Under the pieces are notes generated by a model that saw nothing but the letters and a program-made list of their open reading frames with translations, searched no databases and was not told where the DNA came from. From positions 379,926 to 443,925 of the forward strand of contig CAZIAP010000001.1 in the NCBI GenBank assembly GCA_964537315.1: a DNA stretch of 64,000 nt, given 5' to 3'. Shown piece by piece: positions 28,750 to 38,816 of the stretch (position 1 is its first letter; every line of letters begins with the position of its first letter). The position numbers were made by a program, and so were the translations under genes. The stretch comes from an uncultured Gammaproteobacteria bacterium (GTDB taxonomy: Bacteria; Patescibacteriota; Microgenomatia; Levybacterales; GWA1-39-11).

Positions 28750-30177
28750 TTATTTTACTCCCCTCTTCTTAAATGATGGAATGAGATTAAAAGGAAACAA
28801 TCTATCACTCACTTGGGTTTGTTCTTTTTTTATTCCACTATCAAAAACTTTTAAAAAATTCTTCGTCACAATAATTGCAGAAAACATAGACACCAAGATT
28901 CCGATAGCTAACGTCAGTGCAAATCCCCTCACAATTCCTGTACCAAAGTAGAATAAAATAACACAGGTAATCAGACTCGAAAAATTTGAGTCTCTAATTG
29001 AGGTCCACGCACGCTTGAATCCTTGCTCAATCGCTTGTGCCTTTGTCTTGTTTTGAGCAAGCTCTTCTTTCATACGTTCAAAGATCAAAATATTAGCATC
29101 AACAGCCATGCCTATAGAAAGTATAAACCCTGCTATTCCTGCTAAAGTGAGTGTTACTGGAAGCGTTTTGAAAATGAAAAGTACAATCAGTGTATAAACT
29201 ATTAATGCCAAACTTGCCACTGCCCCTTCTTTTCGGTAAATATAAACCATGAAGAAAATGACAGAAATTAACCCTAATACTCCACCGAACAAACTTAATT
29301 TTAGCGACTGAATACCTAATGATGGACCTACGTTTGACTGTGCAGCAAGTTCTAAAGGAACAGGTAGTGCTCCAGCATTTAGCGCAATTGAAAGCGATTT
29401 AGCCTGTTCTGTTGTGTACCCTCCTGTTATTGATGCTTCACCATTTGGAATTTCTGTTTGCACAACCGGTGCCTGAATAACCTCGTTATCAAGTACTATC
29501 ATGACAGGTTCTCCTAAATTTCTTCTTGTAATATCAGCAAAAAGCTTTGTTCCTTCATTGGTGAAATTTAACACAACTTCTGTCGCACCTGTCTGGCTAT
29601 TAAATCCAACACTTGCTGCTTCTAAATCACGTCCTGTCAGCTTAGTCTGTACAGGAACTTTTCCTTGTGAAAAAAATACAGCTCCCACCGGATAGGCTGA
29701 AGAAGTTGCATCTTCCTGCGAAAGATCTTCATCTGATAGCTCCCAAAATGTTAGCTGTGCAGTTCTTCCGATTAGATCAATCGCTTGATTCACATCGGTA
29801 ACACCAGGTAACTCTACGATAACTCTATAATCTTCTCCTGTTCGCACTGTCTGTATCACAGGCTCTGAGACGCCAAAAACGTTTATTCTCTGCTCAATTA
29901 TGCTACGGGTTGACTCTAGCGCATCTTGCCTGCTTTCAAAAGGAATTTCATCCATTTTAAGGTCATATGTAAGTCTTACGCCGCCTTGCAAATCTAGACC
30001 TAGTTTATACGGTTGAATTAGTGGGATTTGAAGAGGTGGCTGTTCCTGTGTGGGATCAGATATAAAAGGGATGCTTGCTCTATCAATTGATAAATTGTAC
30101 TGAAATGGCAGATTTAGTACTAAGAGTATTAGCGAGGCAAACAGTATCAGCGTAACAAATACTCGGGGTTTTCTCAT
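28750..30177 (-). CDS. secD: Protein translocase subunit SecD
   Basis: 475 aa. Contains LGLDLQGGVRLTYDL, a periplasmic domain and a C-terminal six-TM bundle. Confidence 0.85.
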   Translation of the reverse strand: MRKPRVFVTLILFASLILLVLNLPFQYNLSIDRASIPFISDPTQEQPPLQIPLIQPYKLGLDLQGGVRLTYDLKMDEIPFESRQDALESTRSIIEQRINVFGVSEPVIQTVRTGEDYRVIVELPGVTDVNQAIDLIGRTAQLTFWELSDEDLSQEDATSSAYPVGAVFFSQGKVPVQTKLTGRDLEAASVGFNSQTGATEVVLNFTNEGTKLFADITRRNLGEPVMIVLDNEVIQAPVVQTEIPNGEASITGGYTTEQAKSLSIALNAGALPVPLELAAQSNVGPSLGIQSLKLSLFGGVLGLISVIFFMVYIYRKEGAVASLALIVYTLIVLFIFKTLPVTLTLAGIAGFILSIGMAVDANILIFERMKEELAQNKTKAQAIEQGFKRAWTSIRDSNFSSLITCVILFYFGTGIVRGFALTLAIGILVSMFSAIIVTKNFLKVFDSGIKKEQTQVSDRLFPFNLIPSFKKRGVK

Positions 30178-30183
30178 ATGAAT

Positions 30184-30759
30184 TTATATTAGTAGTGATT
30201 CTTCATCACCTACAAGCATTATTCTTGTTCCATAAATTATTGACAAGATGAAAGGATCTTGACGTTTTTTCCTAAAGTTAAACTCTTCTTCTGTCATGAC
30301 AGTGTAGTTGATCTCATTTTTCAACCGTGCCTCTTCTTTTCTGACTAACAATGTTAACTCAGGAAGTACTACTGTCCCAACTACAAGTAAATCAACTTCT
30401 TCATTGTTTTGTCTGATTCCTCTCACAAAACGCCCTGATAACATAGCATACTTTATCTTTCCAAGTTTTATTCGATTCTTGATAATGTCAGCTCCAATCC
30501 CTCGGCTTTTACTGATAAGTTTGATTATGTCGAAATAAAAAGGATAGTTTTTGTCTGGGTAGTAGTAGACTCTGTTAGCTCGAGGTTCTTTCTTAAGCAC
30601 ACCTTTTTTTTCTAAAAATATTAATTCTCGACGAACTGCGTTAATCTCCTCTTCTACACGTCTGACAATTTCTCTGACGTGAAACATTTCTTCAGGGGCT
30701 TCGAAAAATGAGTATAAAACTTTTACGCGAGTCTTGGATGTAATAAGATCTTCAAACAT
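30184..30759 (-). CDS. Putative winged-helix DNA-binding protein
   Basis: 191 aa. The N-terminal segment is wHTH-like (TRVKVLYSFFEAPEEMFHVREIVRRVEEEINAVRRELIFLEKKGVL). The C-terminal half is uncharacterised. Confidence 0.35.
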   Translation of the reverse strand: MFEDLITSKTRVKVLYSFFEAPEEMFHVREIVRRVEEEINAVRRELIFLEKKGVLKKEPRANRVYYYPDKNYPFYFDIIKLISKSRGIGADIIKNRIKLGKIKYAMLSGRFVRGIRQNNEEVDLLVVGTVVLPELTLLVRKEEARLKNEINYTVMTEEEFNFRKKRQDPFILSIIYGTRIMLVGDEESLLI

Positions 30760-30808
30760 GGCTATATCTTGTAGCTATTATATTGGTTTAGGGTAGAAAT
30801 GTCGAGTA

Positions 30809-31969
30809 CTAATTTACCTCAACATTGGTATCCGGAGATACAACAGATAACCAGATTTGTCCAGGATTAAATTCAATTTCTTTTCCTCCGCTTGTTAAGA
30901 CAAGCCTTGCCTCTCTATTTGCTTTACTCCACCGAGCTTTAATTTCTTTGCCATCCATAAAGACTAGTGCATTTCCAGTCCCTGTAGTACCGTAAAGCAT
31001 GTGTAGATTACCTGGATAGCCATCATTTGCACGAGATTCTGTCATAAATAGCACAACAACATTTTTTGGCGCTAATTGCTTCTTTGTATTGAAATCAATA
31101 TGCGCTTCTCCTCCATTATTACGAAGATACGTATTTGATGCCTTGTCGTACTTATAGTCTACTGCGAAATCTGCATATCCATCCCAAAAATTAAATGAGA
31201 TAGTCTGTGCATTTGGACGTCCGGATGCAGGTGCGTCTTCTTTAAATTTATAAGGTCTGAAGTTGTCCGTCCACTCATTTCCGTCTGCATCAACATTTGA
31301 CAGCTCTCTTTGTTCTTTTGCAAAGTCCCACAGCTTTGTTGTTCCGGTATACATTGTGTGTTCTGTAGCACGATTAGGAAGACGTGATTCGTATCTACAA
31401 AGAATAGGGCACGGTACGCTGAACTGGTCTAAATCGTTGTACTGATTCCATCCATATCGACGAATTTGCCCTAAAGCATCTGCAGGACCAGGAGTATTTG
31501 CCCCTCCTACGTGTACGTATAACGGATATTCACCATACTCTGAGATGAAGTCAAGAAAATATGTACGTGCTGACCTTACAGGACCCACAAACTCTGCATC
31601 CTGACAGTGATATACTGCAAGAAATCTAGTGATTCCACCCTCTGCAACTGCCTCATATACTACATCAGCAAATGAGATACCAGACTGAGGACGAGCATCT
31701 GTGGAGTTCTCAACCATAATACCTACAGGACGATGATCTTCCCACCACTGACGCTGCTGCTTGGAGTACAAAGCGCCATTTAAAGGACAGGGTTCGGTTT
31801 TTGGAAGTGAGTCGTCAAACACCACGTTACCGTCTGCATCCCGACCTGCACCAGGAACCGGAGCTTCAATAATTGATCCTCCGAGGATATTGGTGAAAAG
31901 AAAATAAGACGATACTGTAGAGATGATATATAAGAAAACTCCGATAATTACTAATTTTTTTGTTTTCAT
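30809..31969 (-). CDS. DUF3048 (YerB-like) extracytoplasmic protein
   Basis: 386 aa with an N-terminal TM/signal. ENSTDARPQSGISFADVVYE resembles the ARPQSGL motif of DUF3048. Confidence 0.45.
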   Translation of the reverse strand: MKTKKLVIIGVFLYIISTVSSYFLFTNILGGSIIEAPVPGAGRDADGNVVFDDSLPKTEPCPLNGALYSKQQRQWWEDHRPVGIMVENSTDARPQSGISFADVVYEAVAEGGITRFLAVYHCQDAEFVGPVRSARTYFLDFISEYGEYPLYVHVGGANTPGPADALGQIRRYGWNQYNDLDQFSVPCPILCRYESRLPNRATEHTMYTGTTKLWDFAKEQRELSNVDADGNEWTDNFRPYKFKEDAPASGRPNAQTISFNFWDGYADFAVDYKYDKASNTYLRNNGGEAHIDFNTKKQLAPKNVVVLFMTESRANDGYPGNLHMLYGTTGTGNALVFMDGKEIKARWSKANREARLVLTSGGKEIEFNPGQIWLSVVSPDTNVEVN

Positions 31970-31972
31970 AGT

Positions 31973-32434
31973 TTATAAAGTTTGTGCTTCTTTCAGTGCT
32001 CTTTCTTCTTCTGCTGACAGACTGTGCTCAACTCCTTTTCCATTTTTTACACTTTTTGCGTACCACCTCGTACCAGCCCGTGTATGATAGCTTGAGATTA
32101 TTACCCCAGTATCATGTCCGTCCACAAGGGTAACGATAAAACTTTGATCTCCTCCTGTATCTTTAAACGGGTTAAACCTTAAGAGTCCTAGTTTTTGGAC
32201 ATGAAAAGAGACCTCTTTTTTTAGTTTATCATACTCGGAATTTATTCGCTCTATCTCTTTTTTATTCTCTTTCTCAGCTCGAATAACTTCATCTATCACT
32301 GCGATTAGAGAACTTTTCTCTCCTTTTTTTGTCGCACGAGTAAAGTATAAATAAAATCTTAAAAAAATTACCGTTACAAGGAGTAACCAGACTGTCAAAA
32401 GTCCTAATAAGATCAGCTCCGGACTCAAATTCAT
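31973..32434 (-). CDS. DUF4446-like membrane-anchored protein
   Basis: 153 aa with an N-terminal TM. GLLRFNPFKDTGGDQSF resembles DUF4446. Recalled from memory only. Confidence 0.35.
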   Translation of the reverse strand: MNLSPELILLGLLTVWLLLVTVIFLRFYLYFTRATKKGEKSSLIAVIDEVIRAEKENKKEIERINSEYDKLKKEVSFHVQKLGLLRFNPFKDTGGDQSFIVTLVDGHDTGVIISSYHTRAGTRWYAKSVKNGKGVEHSLSAEEERALKEAQTL

Positions 32435-32495
32435 AGGTGCAAAATTTATTCTAGCCTCTTGACAGCCGTGTTGTCAATATGATACTTTTTGACTC

Positions 32496-32792
32496 ATGAG
32501 TAGAAAGAAAAAAACTCTGAAGCAGAAAAAGCTGAGTGATCTAAGAAAACATTCATCTGCTCCAGATATCGTTACTCAAAATGTAAGTCCAACATTTACT
32601 TATACTCCTGAACCCTCAACTAAACCTGCGACTTCACCCCATCCTAAGCAATCACCCAGCATCAGGATACATCAAACAGCTGATCTTAAGAAAAGCATGG
32701 TGATTTCAGTTATTCTTGTAATGATAAACACGGCAATTTACCTTCTCTATGCAAATAATATTATCCCATTGAGTATACTGGGATTAGAGTAG
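32496..32792 (+). CDS. Hypothetical small Pro/Thr-rich membrane protein
   Basis: 98-aa ORF with a C-terminal TM helix. Confidence 0.3.
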   Translation: MSRKKKTLKQKKLSDLRKHSSAPDIVTQNVSPTFTYTPEPSTKPATSPHPKQSPSIRIHQTADLKKSMVISVILVMINTAIYLLYANNIIPLSILGLE

Positions 32793-32877
32793 AAGAGGTT
32801 TAGCCGCCCCAATTCTCTGTGAGGGGGTTTCGGCTGCTATCTAACTAAAGCACAGAGAGAAAGGTGGTGAATTATAT

Positions 32878-33027
32878 ATGGCAATGATGTATTGCGTAAA
32901 ATGTCGCGATAAAAGAGAAGATCCAAATGCAGAGCCGGTAACCATGAAAAATGGTAAACCAGCTATGAAAGGAAAGTGTCCGGTTTGTGGAACAGGAATG
33001 TACAAAATCGGTAAACCAACCGCATAG
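32878..33027 (+). CDS. Small zinc-ribbon protein, DUF5679-like (49 aa; absent from the ORF track)
   Basis: ATG at 32878, preceded by the SD AAAGGTGGTG. The translation is MAMMYCVKCRDKREDPNAEPVTMKNGKPAMKGKCPVCGTGMYKIGKPTA, with two CxxC pairs and the YCVKC…MKNG…CPVCGTGM pattern of DUF5679. A bidirectional terminator follows. Confidence 0.55.
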   Translation: MAMMYCVKCRDKREDPNAEPVTMKNGKPAMKGKCPVCGTGMYKIGKPTA

Positions 33028-33045
33028 GATTTTTTCTTTTTAACA

Positions 33046-33098
33046 CCAAAAACCCGGTCTGATTTTTTTGAAATATAAAAAACAGATCGGGTTTTTGC
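33046..33098. terminator. Bidirectional intrinsic terminator between the DUF5679 gene (+) and the GT39 gene (-)
   Basis: Stem CCCGGTCTG (33053-61) / CAGATCGGG (33083-91), extended by T7/A6 pairing. A T5 run follows on the plus strand and an A5 run (T5 on minus) precedes it. Confidence 0.55.
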
Positions 33099-33107
33099 AT
33101 GGAGAAC

Positions 33108-34652
33108 CTATTCGTCTTTATCGAGTGGAATAAGTCTGTAAACCTTAACAACTGAAACTTCCCATTCGCCATCAATTTCGGCTTGTCCAAACCCTGCAAT
33201 CTCCCACAGTGAGTGGCCTAACGGTTCACAATCTTCTTCGCATATAATCAATAATTGATCCGTAACTGTCTTGCGTTCAGGGTCTACTATCTCGTTTTCA
33301 ATAGTGACAGGCTTCTTATTATTTAATTCGAAGTAATATCGGTACCCATGATCCGAGTTTCCTCCTGTCACCAATGCAAAATTAAATGGCTTATCTCCTG
33401 TCTGCGAAAGTACAAACTCAGAAATTGTGCGTATCTGATCCTTTTGACGATTAGGCTCGTAGCGTATAGGTGAAAAGTAAATATTAGGAACCAATATAAG
33501 ACCGAGTAATGCAAATGAAAAAATCTTGGTGAATATTGACCCACCCTTTGCTTTGTACACTGAAGAAAGCAAGTTTCCGATCATCAAGAAAGGAACGGGA
33601 AACATGAACCCAAAATAATAATCATAGATTGGTTTTTTATAAAACCCAAATGCCATTACGCCGATAATAAGCCAGCTCAGTAACAAACTCATCTGAATCT
33701 TATTTTTCATTTTAAAAATAATAATTACTGAGGCGATTGCCAAAATTATTATTCCAATCTTCCATCCTTGCAGAAGTAGATCATTATAATTTTCAAAATG
33801 ACGTGACTCAGGATAGTTTACAAGTAACCTTCCAAACACCCTAAAAAACACATCAGATACTATCTCAGAGTATGACGCATCAATACGGTTTGTTTGATCG
33901 TCTCTATTGAATATAAAACGAAAGATATTTTGAAGATTTGGAAATCCGTTTCTTATTTCAAATAATAAAAATGGAGAGAATCCAACAACAAATCCAACAA
34001 AAATAACCAGATACCTTACTACCAACTGAGAAATCTCACTCACCCATGATTTAGTCTTCTGAATCAATGTTCCGATACATGCAAAAACTGCAATGATTAA
34101 CGCGACAAAGGTTCCAAGATAATGCAACTGCATAATTATACCGAGTAAAATTCCCACACCCAAAAAATATTTCAACTTACTTTTGGTGATCGCAAAATAT
34201 AAGAGCAATAACGCAGCAGTGGTAAAAAAGGGCATGACATTCGGATTCCAAGAAGACCGAGAGTAAACAATAACTAACGGAGAAACTGCGTATAATAATG
34301 CAGCGATAATCCCTGTAGGTTTATTGAAAAATTTGCCTCCTATATAGTAAACAAGAAAAACAGTTGCGACCCCAAAAAGCGCAACCATTATTGCAGGTCC
34401 TACTGGATCAAGCTGCCATAACCATAAGAATGGAGTCATCAAGTAGTAGTAAATAGGACCCAAAAAAAAATCGCCTGCTGATGCGCGAGGTCCAAGAAGT
34501 GTGGGATCACCCTCAAGAATCTGTTTTACTACTAATACATCTCTCCCTTCGTCTCCTAAGAACGTCATATAATCACCGATTCTATAAAGACGTAAGAAAG
34601 CGGCAATCAGTAAAATTAAAAGTATGTGAAAGTTATGTTTTATAAAACGCAT
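33108..34652 (-). CDS. GT-C fold glycosyltransferase, family 39/83 (PMT / ArnT-like polyprenyl-phosphate-sugar-dependent transferase)
   Basis: About 514 aa and polytopic, with a PMT_2-like N-terminal region (…YRIGDYMTFLGDEGRDVLVV…). The start is set at the ATG overlapping the upstream TAA (TAATG at 34650-54). The track's longer start is 34706. Confidence 0.7.
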   Translation of the reverse strand: MRFIKHNFHILLILLIAAFLRLYRIGDYMTFLGDEGRDVLVVKQILEGDPTLLGPRASAGDFFLGPIYYYLMTPFLWLWQLDPVGPAIMVALFGVATVFLVYYIGGKFFNKPTGIIAALLYAVSPLVIVYSRSSWNPNVMPFFTTAALLLLYFAITKSKLKYFLGVGILLGIIMQLHYLGTFVALIIAVFACIGTLIQKTKSWVSEISQLVVRYLVIFVGFVVGFSPFLLFEIRNGFPNLQNIFRFIFNRDDQTNRIDASYSEIVSDVFFRVFGRLLVNYPESRHFENYNDLLLQGWKIGIIILAIASVIIIFKMKNKIQMSLLLSWLIIGVMAFGFYKKPIYDYYFGFMFPVPFLMIGNLLSSVYKAKGGSIFTKIFSFALLGLILVPNIYFSPIRYEPNRQKDQIRTISEFVLSQTGDKPFNFALVTGGNSDHGYRYYFELNNKKPVTIENEIVDPERKTVTDQLLIICEEDCEPLGHSLWEIAGFGQAEIDGEWEVSVVKVYRLIPLDKDE

Positions 34653-35812
34653 TAACCGACTAAGTCCTGGAGTTTGGAAAGGAAAGAAATTCTCCAACGT
34701 TTCCATATAAATATATTATACATAGTATAACTATAAGGAATTACAAAAAATCCGATTGCGATAATAAGGAATAGCTGTCTTGTATGCTCTCCAAACGCAT
34801 GAGTACCAAAAAAAAGTACAGTTGATATAATACCCAATGACCCTAACGAAACTAAGTTAAACTGTGGAAATTTAAGCAAAACTTTCCATGGATTAGTAAT
34901 TTTCTGCTGGTTAAATGCCCAAAAATTATTAACTACAAAATTCCAAATAATAGACATTTCTGCACCTATTGCTCCAGCTAGTGATGGATGTAAACCTTGT
35001 CGATAAAAGAACTCTAGTGAGATTGCATTAATCAAGTATCCGATAAACCCCGTCATCGCGTATTTTGAAAAAGGAGAATGCCATAGCTCGATTATTCTCT
35101 GTGTAATAACATACTTGAGTAAGTTAGTTATAAAATCTCCTGCAGCAATTTTTGAACGACCCAAAGTTCTGTCGACTGCTTTGAATGGAACTTCAACAAC
35201 CGTATAATGGTTCTGAATTGCTTTATGCAGGAATGCTACTTGAAAGGTATATCCTTTATATTTGTTTAGAGATTTTTCAACCGTAATAAATACTTCTTTT
35301 CTGATTGCTCGATAACCACCGGTCCAATCGTGAATATAAAACCTCATTAGGATTGCTCTAACTAACAAGTTACCTGCAATCGAGAATAGTTTTCGATGAA
35401 CTCCCCAATCTTTCGGAATAGACCCACCATGACTATATCTGGTACCTATAACGAAATCATATCCCTCATCAATCTTTTTCAAAAACTCCGGAACTTTATG
35501 TGGATCATGAAAAAGATCAGCATCCATCTCAAACAACACATCAGCATTCATTTTTTCTATAGCATATTTCATTCCCCGCACATAAGCAGCACCTAATCCT
35601 TTTTTCTCTCCTGAAGAGATCTCAATATTCTTCCACTTTTTCATTAAGCCTCGAATAACTTCTTCAGTCCCATCAGGTGATGAATCATCAGCCACTAGGA
35701 TAGACATATTGTAATTTTTAATTTTTGGAAAGACTTCAGTTTGCAGGATTTCGATTAACCTTTCTATATTGCCTTTCTCGTTGTATGTTGGAATAATTAT
35801 TACTGCATTCAT
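34652..35812 (-). CDS. Polyprenyl-phosphate glycosyltransferase (GT2, DPM1/ArnC/GtrB-like) fused to a C-terminal GtrA-like membrane domain
   Basis: 386 aa. Contains IIIPTYNEKGNI…VADDSSPDGT…DADLFHDP, the GT2 DxD-type signature, and a C-terminal four-TM GtrA-like region. Confidence 0.8.
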   Translation of the reverse strand: MNAVIIIPTYNEKGNIERLIEILQTEVFPKIKNYNMSILVADDSSPDGTEEVIRGLMKKWKNIEISSGEKKGLGAAYVRGMKYAIEKMNADVLFEMDADLFHDPHKVPEFLKKIDEGYDFVIGTRYSHGGSIPKDWGVHRKLFSIAGNLLVRAILMRFYIHDWTGGYRAIRKEVFITVEKSLNKYKGYTFQVAFLHKAIQNHYTVVEVPFKAVDRTLGRSKIAAGDFITNLLKYVITQRIIELWHSPFSKYAMTGFIGYLINAISLEFFYRQGLHPSLAGAIGAEMSIIWNFVVNNFWAFNQQKITNPWKVLLKFPQFNLVSLGSLGIISTVLFFGTHAFGEHTRQLFLIIAIGFFVIPYSYTMYNIFIWKRWRISFLSKLQDLVG

Positions 35813-35814
35813 AG

Positions 35815-36759
35815 TTAGCTCCTAAAATATTCTATCGTTTTTTCTAGTCCTTGTTCCAGTGGCACTTTTGGTTCCCATGAAAGTAATTCCTTTGCGCGCG
35901 TGATGTCAGGCTTGCGTACTTTTGGATCATCTGTAGGTAAGTCTTCAAAAACAATATCAGATTCAGAATTTGTCATTGCCTTAACAGTCTCCGCAATTTC
36001 TTTGATAGTCCGCTCGTCTGGATTTCCCAGATTTAATACAGCGCCTTTTGTATTCTCAGTGAACATTGCTTTTTCCAGCGCGTCAACCATATCGCTAACA
36101 TAACAAAAGCTACGAGTCTGTAATCCGTCACCATAAATAGTAATACTCTCCTTACTGAGCGCTTGATTAATAAAGTTAGAGATTACTCTCCCATCATCGG
36201 GCTGCATTCTAGGTCCAAAAGTATTGAATAGGCGAACAATACGAACATCTACATCATATTTTCTGAGATATGCGAACGTAATAGCTTCACCAAATCGCTT
36301 AGCTTCGTCATATACTGAGCGCACACCATTTGGATTAACATTTCCGAAGTATGTTTCAGGCTGAGGAGAGACTTCGGGATCACCATAGATTTCAGAAGTG
36401 GAGGCAAATAAAAACTTTGAGTTGTTTCGCTTAGCCAGCTCTAGTAAATGATATGTCCCCTGAGAGTTGGCGAGCAATGTTTCAACAGGAAAAGCTATAT
36501 AACTCCGTGGGCTCTTTGCGTTAGGTGAGGCTGGCGACGCAAGATGAAATATTACATCAGCAGATATATCTTCGGGCAGTGGTTTAACTACATCATGCTG
36601 CAAAAATTTGAATAATGGATTTGAATATAAATGCCGTATGTTATCTTCACTTCCAGTAATTAGATTGTCGATTGCGACTACTTCGTGTCCTTTCTGTAAT
36701 AGAACCTCTGATAAATTTGATCCGATAAACCCGGCACCACCGGTAATAAGTACTTTCAT
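35815..36759 (-). CDS. uxs: UDP-glucuronate decarboxylase (UDP-xylose synthase)
   Basis: 314 aa with near-colinear similarity to UXS1/ArnA-C: [10 protein letters not shown]…HLASPASP…[17 protein letters not shown]…[10 protein letters not shown]…DDGRVISNF…[13 protein letters not shown]. Confidence 0.8.
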   Translation of the reverse strand: MKVLITGGAGFIGSNLSEVLLQKGHEVVAIDNLITGSEDNIRHLYSNPLFKFLQHDVVKPLPEDISADVIFHLASPASPNAKSPRSYIAFPVETLLANSQGTYHLLELAKRNNSKFLFASTSEIYGDPEVSPQPETYFGNVNPNGVRSVYDEAKRFGEAITFAYLRKYDVDVRIVRLFNTFGPRMQPDDGRVISNFINQALSKESITIYGDGLQTRSFCYVSDMVDALEKAMFTENTKGAVLNLGNPDERTIKEIAETVKAMTNSESDIVFEDLPTDDPKVRKPDITRAKELLSWEPKVPLEQGLEKTIEYFRS

Positions 36760-36809
36760 ATTTATATTATACGTACAACAGGGGAGAAAATCATAATAGA
36801 GCCTGAGAC

Positions 36810-37787
36810 TTATGAGTGAGATTTTTCTCTTTCAATATCAGAATTTACCATCATCTCAACCAGTCCTTCAAACGATGTTTTTGGCTGCCATCCCAGCTCT
36901 TCTCTGGCTTTTGTAGCGTCGCCAATCAGCAAATCAACTTCTGCGGGTCTTAAGTACTCAGGATTGTTTGCGACTACATAATCTTGCCAGTTATCAATCC
37001 CTACTGATTTGAATGCAAGTTCTACAAACTCCTGAACACTGTGTGTCTCACCTGTAGCTACAACATAGTCATCAGCTTTCTCTTGCTGAAGCATCATCCA
37101 CATTGCTTCTACATAATCACCCGCAAATCCCCAGTCTCTTTTTGCATCAAGCGTTCCTAACTCTAGTTTATCCTGTTTTCCCAAACTAATACGCGCAACT
37201 GCATGAGAAATTTTTCTGGTTACGAACTCAAGACCTCGTCGAGGTGATTCATGATTGAACAGGATTCCGGAGCATGCAAACATATCAAAACTTTCTCGAT
37301 AATTAAGTGTTATATAGTGTCCATACACTTTAGCTACACCATATGGACTTCTAGGATGAAAACGGGTAGTTTCTTTTTGAGGCACTTCAGTTACTTTTCC
37401 ATACATCTCTGAGGATGATGCTTGATAAAAACGGATTTTAGGATTGACTGTGCGAACCGCTTCAAGCATACGAGTAACCCCTAGAGCGGTGAATTCACCA
37501 GTTAGTAAAGGTTGATTCCAAGAGGTTTTTACAAATGATTGAGCTGCTAAATTATATACTTCATCAGGTTCAGATTTTTCTACTGCTTCAGTAAGTGAGG
37601 TCTGATCAAGCAGATCTCCTGCAAGCAATGTAACTTTATTTTCATCCACTAAATGTTGAATATTTACAAAGTTAACTGTACTTGTACGACGGGTTAAACC
37701 AAATACTTGGTAACCCTTAGAAAGTAAAAATTCTGCTAAGTATGATCCATCTTGACCGGTAATCCCGGTAATAAGTGCTTTTTTCAT
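36810..37787 (-). CDS. gmd: GDP-mannose 4,6-dehydratase
   Basis: 325 aa. Contains [19 protein letters not shown]…SSSEMYG…FNHESPRRG, typical of Gmd. Confidence 0.85.
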   Translation of the reverse strand: MKKALITGITGQDGSYLAEFLLSKGYQVFGLTRRTSTVNFVNIQHLVDENKVTLLAGDLLDQTSLTEAVEKSEPDEVYNLAAQSFVKTSWNQPLLTGEFTALGVTRMLEAVRTVNPKIRFYQASSSEMYGKVTEVPQKETTRFHPRSPYGVAKVYGHYITLNYRESFDMFACSGILFNHESPRRGLEFVTRKISHAVARISLGKQDKLELGTLDAKRDWGFAGDYVEAMWMMLQQEKADDYVVATGETHSVQEFVELAFKSVGIDNWQDYVVANNPEYLRPAEVDLLIGDATKAREELGWQPKTSFEGLVEMMVNSDIEREKSHS

Positions 37788-37859
37788 TGTTTTATCTTAC
37801 CTTTTTTATTAATCTGATTTCAACTCTGATTTAATCGTAATCACTATCAAACATCAATT

Positions 37860-38816
37860 CTATGCTATTGCTCGCCAATAGTCTAGTGTGTTTCTTAATG
37901 TCTCTTCAAAATCAATTGTTACTTTCCACCCAAGCTTTTTAATTTTCTCGGAATTACTCACCAGATGCGGCACATCAGACGGACGTAATCGAGAAGGATC
38001 TTCTGTTACTTCCATTGATACGTCAGACAAAGCAATAAGTTTATCAAGTACATCTTTTATCACAAAAGATTCTCCTCTTCCAATATTGTAAACCTCTCCG
38101 GGTGTGCCTTGTTCCATGGCTATCTGATAGGCACGTACCATATCTCGGACATCAGTAAAATCACGCTCTGCGTCTAAATTACCTACCTGAATCACTGAAT
38201 CTTTTTTACCTTTTTCGATCTCGGCAATCTGCTTAGCGAACGCTGAAACTACAAAAGAAGGTGACTGCCGCGGCCCAATATGATTAAAAGGTCGCACACG
38301 GATTATAGGCAGCTTGTAGGAAAGATAGTACTGCAATCCCAGTAAATCTTGCGTAGCTTTAGAGACTGAATAGGGGCTATTTGGACGAAACTCAGTATTT
38401 TCATCAATAGGTAGTTTTTCAACAGAGACAGCTCCATAAATTTCTGCGGATGATACAATAAGCAGTCGGGTATTTGTTAAGCTATTAAGCTTCAAAGATT
38501 CGAGTATATTTAGCTGTACATCAACATTATTATGAATAAACTTGACCGGATCATTATGACTATCAGCAGGAGAAGGTAAGGCAGCAAGATGATAAATTTG
38601 ATCAGGTTGTATAGAGGTAACAAGGTCATTAACTCTTTCACTATCAGTTAGATCAATTTTTACAAGATTAATTCTATCTTTTATCTGAGAAACATTTTCA
38701 AGACTACTGTCTGAGAGGTATGTACCATGAATTTCTAAGTCGTCACGTGATGAAAGATGTTCTGCTAAAAAGCTGCCTGCAAATCCGGTAATTCCGGTAA
38801 TAAGTACTTTCTTCAT
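37860..38816 (-). CDS. rmd: GDP-4-dehydro-6-deoxy-D-mannose reductase (Rmd-like; GDP-D-rhamnose forming)
   Basis: 318 aa. Contains LITGITGFAGSFLAEHL…RPFNHIGPRQ…VGNLDAERDF…YNIGRG, which matches the Rmd pattern better than Fcl. The start overlaps the ugd stop (ATGA). Confidence 0.6.
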   Translation of the reverse strand: MKKVLITGITGFAGSFLAEHLSSRDDLEIHGTYLSDSSLENVSQIKDRINLVKIDLTDSERVNDLVTSIQPDQIYHLAALPSPADSHNDPVKFIHNNVDVQLNILESLKLNSLTNTRLLIVSSAEIYGAVSVEKLPIDENTEFRPNSPYSVSKATQDLLGLQYYLSYKLPIIRVRPFNHIGPRQSPSFVVSAFAKQIAEIEKGKKDSVIQVGNLDAERDFTDVRDMVRAYQIAMEQGTPGEVYNIGRGESFVIKDVLDKLIALSDVSMEVTEDPSRLRPSDVPHLVSNSEKIKKLGWKVTIDFEETLRNTLDYWRAIA

